In this document: piece after piece, positions 45,543 through 57,140 of the stretch
Position numbering within the stretch: position 1 is the stretch's first letter
Layout: each line of letters opens with the position of its first letter
Assembly: GCF_009914755.1 (NCBI RefSeq)
Contig: NC_060934.1
Origin: the human T2T-CHM13v2.0 reference genome, Homo sapiens
Length of the DNA: 64,000 nt
Direction: 5' to 3' (one strand)
Notes under the pieces: model-generated
Databases searched by the model: none
The model's input: the letters and a program-made list of their open reading frames with translations, nothing else
Told to the model about the DNA's origin: nothing
Program-made: the position numbers and the translations under genes

Positions 45543-46196
45543 TTATTTTAGTTACTATGGCTATATAACAAATTACCTTAAAAATTAGTGACTTAAAGCA
45601 ATTTTTCTATTTTGCTCATAATTTTGTGAGCCAGCAATTTTGAAAGGGTTCATATTACCTGGGTTCATGTAGTTGCACTCAGATGTTGGCTTAGGCTGAA
45701 GAATTACGAAAGCTTAGTGGATTGGGTATGCACCATGGCTCACTCACAAGGCTGGTATTTGTTGTCTTTCAGCTGGAAGCTCGTTTGGGCAGTTGAACTG
45801 GAGGGCCTCTCTGTGGTCTCTCCATTATGGTGGTCTCAGTGTAGTTGAGCATCTTGTACAGTGACTCAAGGCTCCAAAGTGAGTCTTCCAGCTTGTGATA
45901 TGGGGGCTGCATCGCATTATATGACAGCCTTAGACGTTACACAGCATCACTTTTACTTCTTTATGAGCCACAATCCTTTTATTGCTTCTATATGAGCCAC
46001 AATCCTCTCAAATTCAAGTGAAAGGGTGTTAGACTCCCCACCCACATCCTCTTCTCTGGGCCTTACTGCTCCATCATAGAGTGGTACAGTCTCCTACCAC
46101 AAAGAGGTAGAGTCTCAGAGGTGGAGGGGTAAGGTCAGAGAAGAGCATGTGGGGTGGGAGTGTTACAGCCAACTTTGGAAAATACAATCTCCCTCA
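45543..46196 (-). mobile_element. MLT1 (H-like) MaLR LTR with an internal rearrangement
   Basis: ttagttactatggctatataacaaattacc...atggctcactcaca...agaagagcatgtgggg...ttggaaaatacaatct. Confidence 0.75.
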
Positions 46197-46547
46197 GAGA
46201 CAACACAACATTACAGTCATCAGGTGAGCTTGTAAATGAAGAGGTACCGAGGAGTGCCAGAAAAGCTACCACTTTTCATCAGTATAATTTAAAAGGGCAG
46301 TTGGAACTCCAAGAAATTCAGAGGCAAAGTAGAAGCTGCATATGGGTCCATGTGGCTGAAGCATTCATGTGGGTGTTTCAGGAAGTACCTGGGCACCAAC
46401 AGGTCAAGAGGGTCCCCTTATTTCCCACTTCCTATCACCCTTGAGAATCTAAGCAATAGGCTTAAGTCAGGTATTGAGAAGAAGGAGAAGAAAATCATTC
46501 ATTATATCATCAGATTTATAGAAAATATTGATTAGGTTTGATCCTCT

Positions 46548-46703
46548 CCTCACCTGGTTGCTGTAAAGAAATAATCTGTATAACAAACCCCCATGACACA
46601 AGTTTACCTATGTAACAAACCTGCACTTGCACCCCTGAACTTAGAACAAAAGTTAATAAAATAAAATGTATTTCAATAAGCTAATAAAAATTTATAATAA
46701 CAA
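46548..46703 (+). mobile_element. Very short L1PA (PA10-16-like) 3' end
   Basis: aaataatctgtataacaaacccccatgacacaagtttacctatgtaacaaacctgcac plus an A-rich tail. Flanking 23-bp direct repeat. Confidence 0.85.
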
Positions 46704-47124
46704 AGAAAATATTGATTAGATTTGATACCTAAATACTATAGAAAAGTCTCCCTGGATTCTGGACATTAAGAGAAGAACTGGGTAGGAACTTCATTGAAAG
46801 ACAGTGGATATATCAGTGTGGATAGAGGGAGCAAATGCGGAGTTTGTGAACAAAGTTACCCAATCATGGACTAATAGGGTTTCATTTGTATTTTCTTTTC
46901 AGAGGCTTTCAAATCTAAGTAGTATTTCAACTCTGTCTGTGACAGGGGGTGTTTTTTGTCATGCTTTAGAAACCTTCCCCCACTGGGTAACTGCACAGGC
47001 TAGAATGGAAATTTCCTGAGGGGACCTTAACTTCTAAAACTGGAGGTGAGGCGTGTGCTTCAACTACCTCAGATGAAATAAAATTAATGTCTTTTTGAGT
47101 GAGACACTCTTCTGGATGTCCTGC

Positions 47125-47192
47125 TCTCTCATTTTATCTTCATATCAACTCTGAAATATTAATAGTATTATTCTCCCTTCACAGATGAGGAT
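47125..47192 (-). mobile_element. MIR core fragment
   Basis: agtattattctcccttcacagatgagga is the antisense MIR core. Confidence 0.6.
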
Positions 47193-47834
47193 AGGTTTAT
47201 ATTTAAAGGACAAATTCTGAACAAAGTTCTTATCGTGAGGACTCTATGAGTCACAGTTTCATAAGGTGAGTCAAATGCCAAAGCCCTGGTCTCCATACTG
47301 CACTTCAATGCTTTTTAGGATCCCAATGAAGCTCAGAGGAAATTATTCACTGTTAATATTTTTATTCTTCTTGGTGTTCTCTAAAGTGCTATTTTAATCT
47401 CCAATTCACAGAGGAAACCTCAACATAAAGAAAAACAAAGCCTGTGGCATAAGAGAAGCTGTGGACATTTCCCTTATGATCACGCTGAGATCCAAAGCTG
47501 GGAAGTCAGTCCCAGCAGCCAAAGGTGGGCAGAGTCTTAAGACAGTATGAATGAGATGGGGCTACAGCTGTACTTCTAAGACTTCAGTTGAGAGACAGAA
47601 GAGAAAGGCCTTGGGCCCTTTTACAGATATTACTCCTGTGCAGAAAAAGCAAGTGGCAGTACATGACAAATGGGACTAACCTAAAGCTCAGAGGATGAAA
47701 TCATTTTAGGCCTGAAATGGCAGAGATTAAACTAAGAGCATTCCGGGACTCCGTACATCTCTACTCATATATAGATTTATGGTAACTATGCAATTAAATG
47801 TTAGAAAATGGGATTTGATTTAGTACTACTAATT

Positions 47835-48420
47835 ATTTTATTCATTCGCTAATATGTTTATATATTTTTAAATGCATATTGAGCCTATACCATGTATTAA
47901 GCACTGGTATTATTAAGCATAATTAGTACACAAAGAATGTGTGGACTCTACCTCCCTGGGTAGTCTAGTTGAGAAAGTATACAATACACGGTTAAAAAGC
48001 CATATGAATATGAAACTATCCATTTGTATAAGTACTATTAATACAAGGGAAACTCATAGAGTGCAATGATGAGAATTAACATGACCTACTCCAAAAGGGT
48101 CAGTGGAGAACGTCTTGCTGTGCGATTCAGATCTGAGCCTGCGATAAGGGCAATCCAGGCAAAGAGACTAGGTCTAGAGGGACGAAGGTCTAGAGAGACG
48201 AAGGTCTAGAGAGAGAAGGGTGTGTTGCCTTTCAAGAACTAAAACAGTGCATTTGTATGAGATCATGAAGCTCAAGGAAAAGCATGGCAAGGGTGGGCTT
48301 TAGGAGGTAAGTTGGGACCTCAGCAATGTGCAAAATTTTGATTTTATTCTCAGTGCATCAGGTAGCTGTTGGAGGCCCCCTGAGAAGGGAATGACATGAT
48401 CTGATTTACATTTAAATAGC
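47835..48420 (-). mobile_element. L2 fragment containing a 16-bp x3 tandem repeat (48170-48217)
   Basis: ttattcattcgctaat...tattgagcctataccatgtattaagcactgg and gaatgacatgatctgatttacatttaaa. aggtctagag(a/g)gacga repeated. Confidence 0.7.
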
Positions 48421-49451
48421 CATTTGTGGATAAAATGGCTGTTTTATCCTCAATGTTTTTCTAAGGGCTTAAATAATAATGAAATGTAGTGGAGCTCTTT
48501 TCTAGAAAGCCAATAGAAAAATCTCACCTATTCCCTTTTGTTTCATCTACAGTCAGCTGAATCCCTGATGAACAAAATCACAGAAAAAGGAATTCTTGGT
48601 AACCAGTCAATTCAAGTTCTGACTCATAGTCCTGCTGTAACCACAATAAGTTCAACCAGCTGGATTGGTGGCATCTCCTGAAAACAGAAGATAATCAGCT
48701 GAGCTTGGAGGGGTGAGGCTGAGAGAAAGTAAAAGATAGGGAGTTGGAAAGGAAAAGACATCCAAATCTTAACTCAAGTTTAGTTTCATTGGAATTAATA
48801 TGAGAAGTGTAATCTATGGAGGTGGTCATTTTTTCAATGCAGGGGCAGTTCTTAGTGTTGTGTGGACTGAATCTAGAGAGAGCTGTTTACGTTGATGCAT
48901 TTGGTGTCAGATGTGAAATCCATTCCCAAGTGAGAGACACTGGCAAGGCCAAGGCTGCTACGGGCCAAATGAGTATTCAGGACAGGAAGTCTAGTCTGGT
49001 AAGTGCTGCAATGTACACATGGGCTCAGTAAAAGGCCATTCTGGTAGATGAATTTCTCCTGCCAAGATTTGGATGCAGCAACAACGCTGAGTCCAGGAGG
49101 ACAGTTGGCTCCTTGCACCCAGCAGTCATGGATGTAAAGGCTGGAGACTACTTTCTGCCCAACTGATTGGTGGAGAGGGAGTTCCCTCTTTACTTCTAGG
49201 TCAGGGTCTGTTTGGCTTAGCGCTGGGCCCAGACAGTCTGCAGAAGTTGAGGTCAGGTTGCTGGCAGTTGGATAGGGCTGGCAGGAGTTGGAAGTGGTCT
49301 TCGGTCTTTGTTGACAACTTTCTTTTCCTCATCCTCCTCTCCCTACCAACTCTCTTTCCCTTCCTCTCCTTCCTCTTGCTCTACCTCCTCCTCCTTCTTT
49401 TTTGGTACTATGTTCCTTGTCCCAATCAAATGAAGACAACAAAGAAAATGC

Positions 49452-49695
49452 ATTATGTTCTCACTCACAAGTGGGAGTTGAACAATGAGAACACATGGAC
49501 ACAGGGAGGGGAATATCACACACCGGGGCCTGTGGGGGATAGGGGGCTAGGAGAGGGATAACATTAGGAGAAATACCTAATGTAGGCTATGGGTTGATGG
49601 GTACAGCAAACCACCATGGCACATGTATACCTATGTATCAAAACTCCAAGTTCTGCACATGTAACCCAGAACTTTAAAGTATAATAATAATAAAA
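49452..49695 (+). mobile_element. L1PA (PA7-like) 3' end
   Basis: atgttctcactcacaagtgggagttgaacaatgagaacacatggacacaggg...gcaaaccaccatggcac...aaagtataataat. Candidate TSD aaagaa(a/g)atg. Confidence 0.9.
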
Positions 49696-51002
49696 GAAGA
49701 TGATGAATTGATTATTAAGGTAAATAGATATGCCCTTTGTTTAGAGGGTTTATTCTGTCAAATTTTTAGATCAATTTCAAAATTGGACATTTGAAAGGAG
49801 ATAGTAAGGCTAAAGATAGCTCCTGGAAGCAAAGTTTCTTATTGGCTTGGGAAGCCAGCTCATACCTGACAGGTAGATAGAGTCCCAGAGTCTGCAGGAG
49901 ATCTGTTCAGGGCTCTGTGCATGAGAATGTTCAGAACCCACTGGCTACATGGAGTTTCCTTCTCTAGCAACTTTGTCTCAGAGAAGTCACCATCAAGATC
50001 CATAAGAATGTCTCATTAGCACATGTACTTACAAAGTGCAAGACTAAGATGGATGAGAGGGACCTAGGTTATCAATCAAATTGTATGTAGGATCAGGGAA
50101 TAGCCTAGATCTAGGGCTTGGCTATTCTATAGCTTGCTCAGTGTTCATTCTGTTTGGACATAGCATTGGTATGTTGCAGAGGTCAGAGGTTAGTCTGGGT
50201 TGGAATCTTCAATGGTGTGGGATCCAGTGACTTCTGAAAACAGGACAGCCTTCTGAAAACTTCTCCCACCTCTGAGCTCAAGAGGAAACCCAAACAATAC
50301 CTGCCTTTGCCTACAGCATGTGTTGCAAAGTATGAAGTCAAAATGTCCCCAAGGGCAAGGGAGTGATGGCAGTCTTTTTTTTTTTTTTAATAGTGGAGGG
50401 GGAAATACACAATAATTCTGAGAATGTTCAATGAGATGTGGCTATCTGATGGGCTATTTCCAGCTAGTGCTTTTTTGCCACAAGGTATAGTAGTTCTTAC
50501 TGCTGTATATATTTGGGGTAAAGCCTAGACTGGGAACAGCTTGGCACTGACTTGTTACTGTGAAACCCCAATTCTTCAGCAGAGAGCTTTCTGTGCAGGA
50601 GGAGACAGCAAATCATCTCCAGTCTGGGCACATGGCCACATGGAACTACCAAAGAAACAATGCATGAGACCATGGTATTTCCTTCTGAAAACACCCTATC
50701 CAGGACTGGCCACCTGCTCACAAAAAGGAGGATGAGACTGAAGTTCAGAGAAGCCCTCTGTAACCATAACAGCCACAGGAAAGAGATCTCTAACAATCAA
50801 AGTCTTCACATAGAAAAGGAATCTGATCTGCCGTGCCTAGTTCAGGGGCAATGATGGCACAGAGATGGGCAGGAAGGAGACTGCATCCTGATCACAGCCC
50901 ACTACACTTCGCATCCCGCCTGATGGGAGAAAGCTGAAATATTAAATACAGCACATTTCCGAGTATCTTTGATTAACAGTTGTGTTACTAAATGATAGTT
51001 TT

Positions 51003-51328
51003 GAAGGTCACAGACTCAAATGATCCCAAGAAATGGGATGAATATAAGACAATAGGGAGCAGCAGAGACTTTGGTAAACTGCATAAAACATTTTAATCTG
51101 AAGTCCAACAATCTGGCAGTCAGTTCTGACTAATGGTTTCCATTTTAAAGTCTGGGGCCAATATTACCAGATTTTTCAGGGTTTAAGAAAGACAATGCAT
51201 CCAGAATTTAAATGACATATCTTATTTTCAAACAATAGTGTGTAATTTTGTTGAAAACATTGTGTGGTCAGCATCTACCACATTCGTAGTGCTACACCTG
51301 TCCCGGGGATTATCATTTGTAACCTGGA
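51003..51328. mobile_element. MER103-like hAT element
   Basis: ggtcacagactcaaatg...ggggccaatattaccagatttttc...aaaacattgtgtggtca resembles MER103. Confidence 0.5.
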
Positions 51329-53026
51329 GCTTTTAGAAGATAATGGTTACGTATGGTAGCTCTCCGGCACACTCTAATCCAATCTAATTCTCTGTGGGAT
51401 CTAGGTCTGTCAGTAAGAATAGCAACAAAGTGAGTTTTATGCACAGAAAATTAGATTGTGAATAGATGACCTGGTTGCAAGCTCCTTAGATATTAGAATC
51501 ATGTGACTGATTCTCATCCCTGGAGATAACTCTGCGCGACTATGGTGTTTCATCCCTGGGGCTTCAGGGACCAATGCATCTTACAAGACCTGAGCGTCCA
51601 CAGGATCCTTGCTTTAGAATTTACTAACAACTGTATGTGATGAGCACAATCTAGTGTGTTCTCTGTACTCTTGGCATAATCTGATTAAATTCCCCATGTC
51701 CAGTGGGCAGGGCTACAATTGCAAGGGACAGATCATCCAACTTTAAAGACAGCTTTCCCAGCCTGAAGAGGACTAAGCAGAAGCTCCCTGCAAGGACAGC
51801 AGCATAGGAAGCAAAGGTTATACATCACGCTAGAGCCCCAGCTGTGGGTTTCAATCTCTATAGGCTCTGGAAAACAGCTCTTGATTTTACCTTTTCATCT
51901 CGGCCCACTACTTTGAGAAAATGCCTCTAAATATTTCATGGGCATCTCGGCCCTTCTCAGAGCCTCCACAGGAAGCTCAAATCCTTCCTCCTTGTCTCAT
52001 TAATTCGCAAAATGTACTTTGTTTCACTCGATGGAAAATTCCTTGGTTGGAAGAGGAAGGGAAGCATTGTTATGAAGAAAATAGAATGCAAAATGTTACC
52101 CCAGGCTTTTGTCTGAGGGCAGCCAGACCTCAGGGAAGAGCCTAGTGAGAGTATGGGCAGCCCATTCCAGCCCCTCCCTGCTGCTCCATCCTCTGTGGGC
52201 CAAAAGAGGCTGGGGGTGTGGATGGACATCTTTCTAGTCTAGAGACCCTTGAACACCCAAGAGCTGTGAATTGGTGCTGGGAAAATCTCAAGCCTGAATA
52301 TTTAAAATATCCTTAGTAAGGAGGCCCAGGAGAGAGGGACACACACACCACATACACATGCCTGCATGCACATGCACACACACAAGCACGCACCTGAGCC
52401 CATGATTGTTAGCACTGCCTGTGGGATGCTGTGCTTGGTTCAGTGTTTGCTGGATATATCTTTTAGTGATGAAACAACAGACATGATGGGTCCATGGCCA
52501 GCATCACCTCCTGGCATAAACTCTAGGTATTACTCCTTTCTTGTGAAGCTCAAAAGTTGTTGGAAACATGTCCCTTTCCACTTCAGATCCCTAATAGAGC
52601 ACCTGGGCCCAGTCTAAGGGCACTGACACCCTTAGCTGGCTCCCTCTTTGCCTCAGTCCTCTTCAGAATGAGCAAGCGCTGGTGACAGGTGTGGAAATTA
52701 TTTCCAATGCATTTTGAATGTATATCAGCATCTCTAACCCTAACTCATATGATGAAAAAGAAATCAGTTCACATTATATCTGTCCCTGTTGCCTAGGCCT
52801 CCTTACTAAGGATACTTTAAGGATTTAGGCTTGTTAAATAATACTGAATTGGATTGCTAAATCCTAGAGTGGTCCCTCTGCCCATCTGCTTCAGGCCAAA
52901 GGGAGGATCATCCCTGAAGAATCCTTGACCAGGACAAGCATACTCCTTCCAGGGAATGCATACTCACCAAGGGAGAAACACAAGGTCACAGAAACATCAT
53001 GGGATTTGTCTACCCTCCTCCCTTAC

Positions 53027-53200
53027 CGTATTGGCCAAATGGAGATTACATTATGCCGAAAAACATGTGATCCCCATATCTCAGTGGTTTACAACACGAA
53101 AATGTTTCTTTCCCACTCATATACCATGTGTTTAACGGATGGAGCGTATTTATGTTCCATACCTTTCTCACTCCAGGACCAAAGATGAAAGAGCAGTCTA
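53027..53200 (-). mobile_element. Old MLT1 LTR fragment
   Basis: ccccatatctcagtggtttacaacacgaaaatgtttctttcccactca. Confidence 0.55.
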
Positions 53201-53261
53201 ATTTGGAAAAGAGCTTCTCAAATTTCAGTGTATGAATTGGCTTAAGTTACTTGAACTCATA

Positions 53262-53850
<589 letters not shown>

Positions 53851-55699
53851 AAACCTGCAGAGGATTTATAAGGGGAAAAGTGCCATAATATCGCTGTCTT
53901 TCTGAATCCTCTCTGCTACAGTCACTGAGGATTCTCAACTTGCAGGCTGAGCATACCCAAGCTTCTACTCACTCTGAATTACAGGCTATCAGCTGGCTTA
54001 GACCCTTCATCCTGTGGAGTTTGAAGTCACTTTTGGACAGCTGGGTCTCAGGCACTTGTTAATCCACTGAGCAATGTTTGCTTAATCCCATGTAATCCAT
54101 ATAAAACTGGCCCAAATACAGGGAGTTGCATTCTGATGTAAAACTGGTGTGACATCCAAACAGCATTGAAAAGGAATAAAATTATTTATTATGAAGGGCT
54201 TATTAAGAAGTGCTAAAGGGGGATTACTTACTTTCCCAATGCCAAAATTCTGAAATCCCTTTCCTGAGTCTCTCTCCTACCCTTTCACTTAAAAGGCACT
54301 GAAACTGCAGCTCAATCTCTCCTCTCACATCTAGAAACTCCTATAAACCCTTGGTAAACATGTCCTAGGCTGGCTCTTTCTCTGCATCTTTTCCTCCTCT
54401 TTTGATTCTATTGTCTATTTTATTTTTTCTCCTATCATGCATAGCTTTCTGCCCTTTCTAATGTAGACTGACTTGGCTTTTCTAGGTGATCCTACAATTT
54501 TCTTCCCTGCTATTATCAAGATTAATAAAGCAAAGGCCAGAAATGTGACCAGGCAAACACAGAAATCTTAAAAGGAAAGGAGAGTAGGGGAGCAATGCAC
54601 AGTTATCCATTTCAGGGTGCCTATTTGTCCTACATGTGATGTGACAGAACTCCTTCTTGGATTCACATGTGCAACCAACTCTCCTGTTAGGTCGGAAGTC
54701 CACACGAGGATCACCCAGTGAAAGTTCTCAACATACCCCTCTCTGGGTGCCCGTGTCTGCCCAGGTCCATAGAAGGATCTCTAGCCAGAAGTATGGCCCA
54801 TCCTCCTCAGCCCTGACCGCTGCTAAGAAATTAGACTCTGCCTCTGATTTGACCTATTTCTCCTCCCTTTTGAGGCATGTGGATGGGCTGATTTTCCCCT
54901 TTGAGGATTTGCCAAAAGCAAAAATAACAATCCCAACTGCCTGTCACTTAAACAAGAGGAGATTTATTAGATTTACCAGAAAATACATAGTACAAGAGAA
55001 ATAAAAACAAGGTTAACATCAGGTCAAGAGGTTTCGACTCCAGTCCAGTTAGTTTTTCCCAAAATCATTTTTCGGCTCCTGTTCTGTGGCTGGCTTGCTG
55101 GATCCAGTTCCTGATGCCCAGAAAACATCCAGGAAAGAGAATCAGAGGCCCTGGAGGAGTCAGAGCTACAGCCCTGGGTGGCTTCTGCAGTTCTGCGTGT
55201 GTGAGTCAGCACGAGGGCTTTTGTGGGATGAGGGGCTGCAAAAGTCAAAATGGCATCTGGCTTCTCCCACCTGTGCTGTGTGTGGTCTGTTCTAGGGTGG
55301 TGGTGGGGAAGAATGGCTACCTCCCCTCCTGCTATTAAGCTGGAGGGCATGGAAGGGGTGAAACCAGCTTTCAAATGAAATTAAGGAAGTGAGGGGTAGG
55401 GTCTGCAGTTGATAATCCCCATTACCACTTTAGTCCCCCATGAAAATCTGAAGTGCCATCTCTAGCAATCAAAGCTTATTTAGTATCCCTTTAAACACAC
55501 TGTCCTTTATCCCCTTGGACTGAAAATGACAGCCATTTCCATGGTTACAGAGACTCATGTTCTAGGAAACAATGCAAGATATTCCAAAATAAGTAATCAA
55601 AAGAAAAAAGGAAGTTATGGCATGTGTGTAAGGGTGTGTGTGTGTGTTCTGCTCTGATGTGCCCTGACCCTTTCCAATATTCTATTCCAAAACATAATT

Positions 55700-55815
55700 G
55701 TGCTCACCCTTATGAGAGACAGCAAGCTCTGTAAAGATAGGCATTGTATTCATTGTACTCACGACTGTACTCTCAGAGGAGATCCTGACCATCGTTACAC
55801 ATGTTGAATAGTTGA
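55700..55815 (+). mobile_element. L2 3' end fragment
   Basis: agacagcaagctctgtaaagataggcattgt...atgttgaatagttg. Confidence 0.45.
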
Positions 55816-56509
55816 GAGCAGAGAGTATCACCAGCATCACTAGAGTTCTGTCTACTTGAATGAACACTCCATGCTGTCTTTTTTTGCTTCAACCACCTTA
55901 TTAGATGCTCACAGATAATCTAATGCCTGAGCTGAACTTGAGTTTGCCACAATTCTTGGGATGCTTAGATTTGGGCCACCTCCCGAACTCAATAAAGGAT
56001 ATCTTGAAGCCACTCAGCCGCTTTAGCTAATAACCCACTTATTTCCACATTTATTTCTCTTCTGCCCCCGCAGTAGTTTGAGAAACAAGCATAAAAATGG
56101 TAAAAACTAAAAAATGAGTTGATACGTGATCTGAAAGATCTCAGCATTTGAGGTAAGCAACAAACTGTGCTGAATCCTGTGTTTCCCATTCCTATTATAA
56201 CCACCCACCAGAAAGTGTCCTGACTTTCTCTCTTGCTCTCATATGGACTGAGATGGGATAGTAGCCAGGGCATGAGAGGGCCAGGGTTTTCCAGCAACAG
56301 GCAACAAGGCTATTTCCTTGTCTGGGAGTCAACATTGATGGGAAGAAGGGATGGTGGTAAAAAGCACTCACCAGGGAGCATGGAGGAGCTTTCTCAGGGG
56401 TTTCAAGGCGTATCTCTGACAAAAGATGCAACCAAATACAAGAAGACCCTAGAGTAAAGCATCAGGAACACAGAGGGGAAGACCTAGATATTCAATAAGG
56501 AATTCTGCT

Positions 56510-57140
56510 GGTCACTTTGGTCTGTTTTATTGAGGATTGTTTATATGCTTTGCCCTGATACTAATCTGATTATGTTAAGCAGCTATATCATATTCTATCA
56601 TGGGATTATACTTTGATGTTTTTAACTCATTTCTTATTCATGTATATTTAGTTCATTACTCTTTTTTTGCTGTTATGTATAATATGCATACAGCATTACA
56701 ACTTGTGCTCTAGTTTCTTAGGATAGGTTCGCAAAATTGGGATTTGTGAAGTCACAGGTGAAGACATTGTTAATTTGACAGATATGGCATAGTTACAATA
56801 CCTAGAAATTTTGTATCAGTTTAAAGTCTCATCCAACAGTACGTGAAAGACCTTCATTATACTTACAAACAGTAGGCATAAATCTTTCGTAGTTTTACTC
56901 ATCTAATATGTGGCAATCCATATCTAATTATATAAATTAATGTTTATGAATAAAGTGTACTAGTTTCTCACAACTTACTAGTTATTGGCACATCTTTTTG
57001 TAAAAGCTTTAATAAAATTTTTGAGCTTTTTTAAATTAAGTTGGCACTGGCATTTTCATTTGCAAAAATGTTTTGTATATTATCAGTAAGGAATTTATGA
57101 CTGTTTCATGTTTTGCAAAATGTTTCTAAGATAGAAACCA
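56510..57140 (-). mobile_element. Ancient L1M fragment
   Basis: T-rich degenerate antisense L1 motifs (gtttcttaggatagg...aaattgggattt, gttttgcaaaatgttt). Confidence 0.45.
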
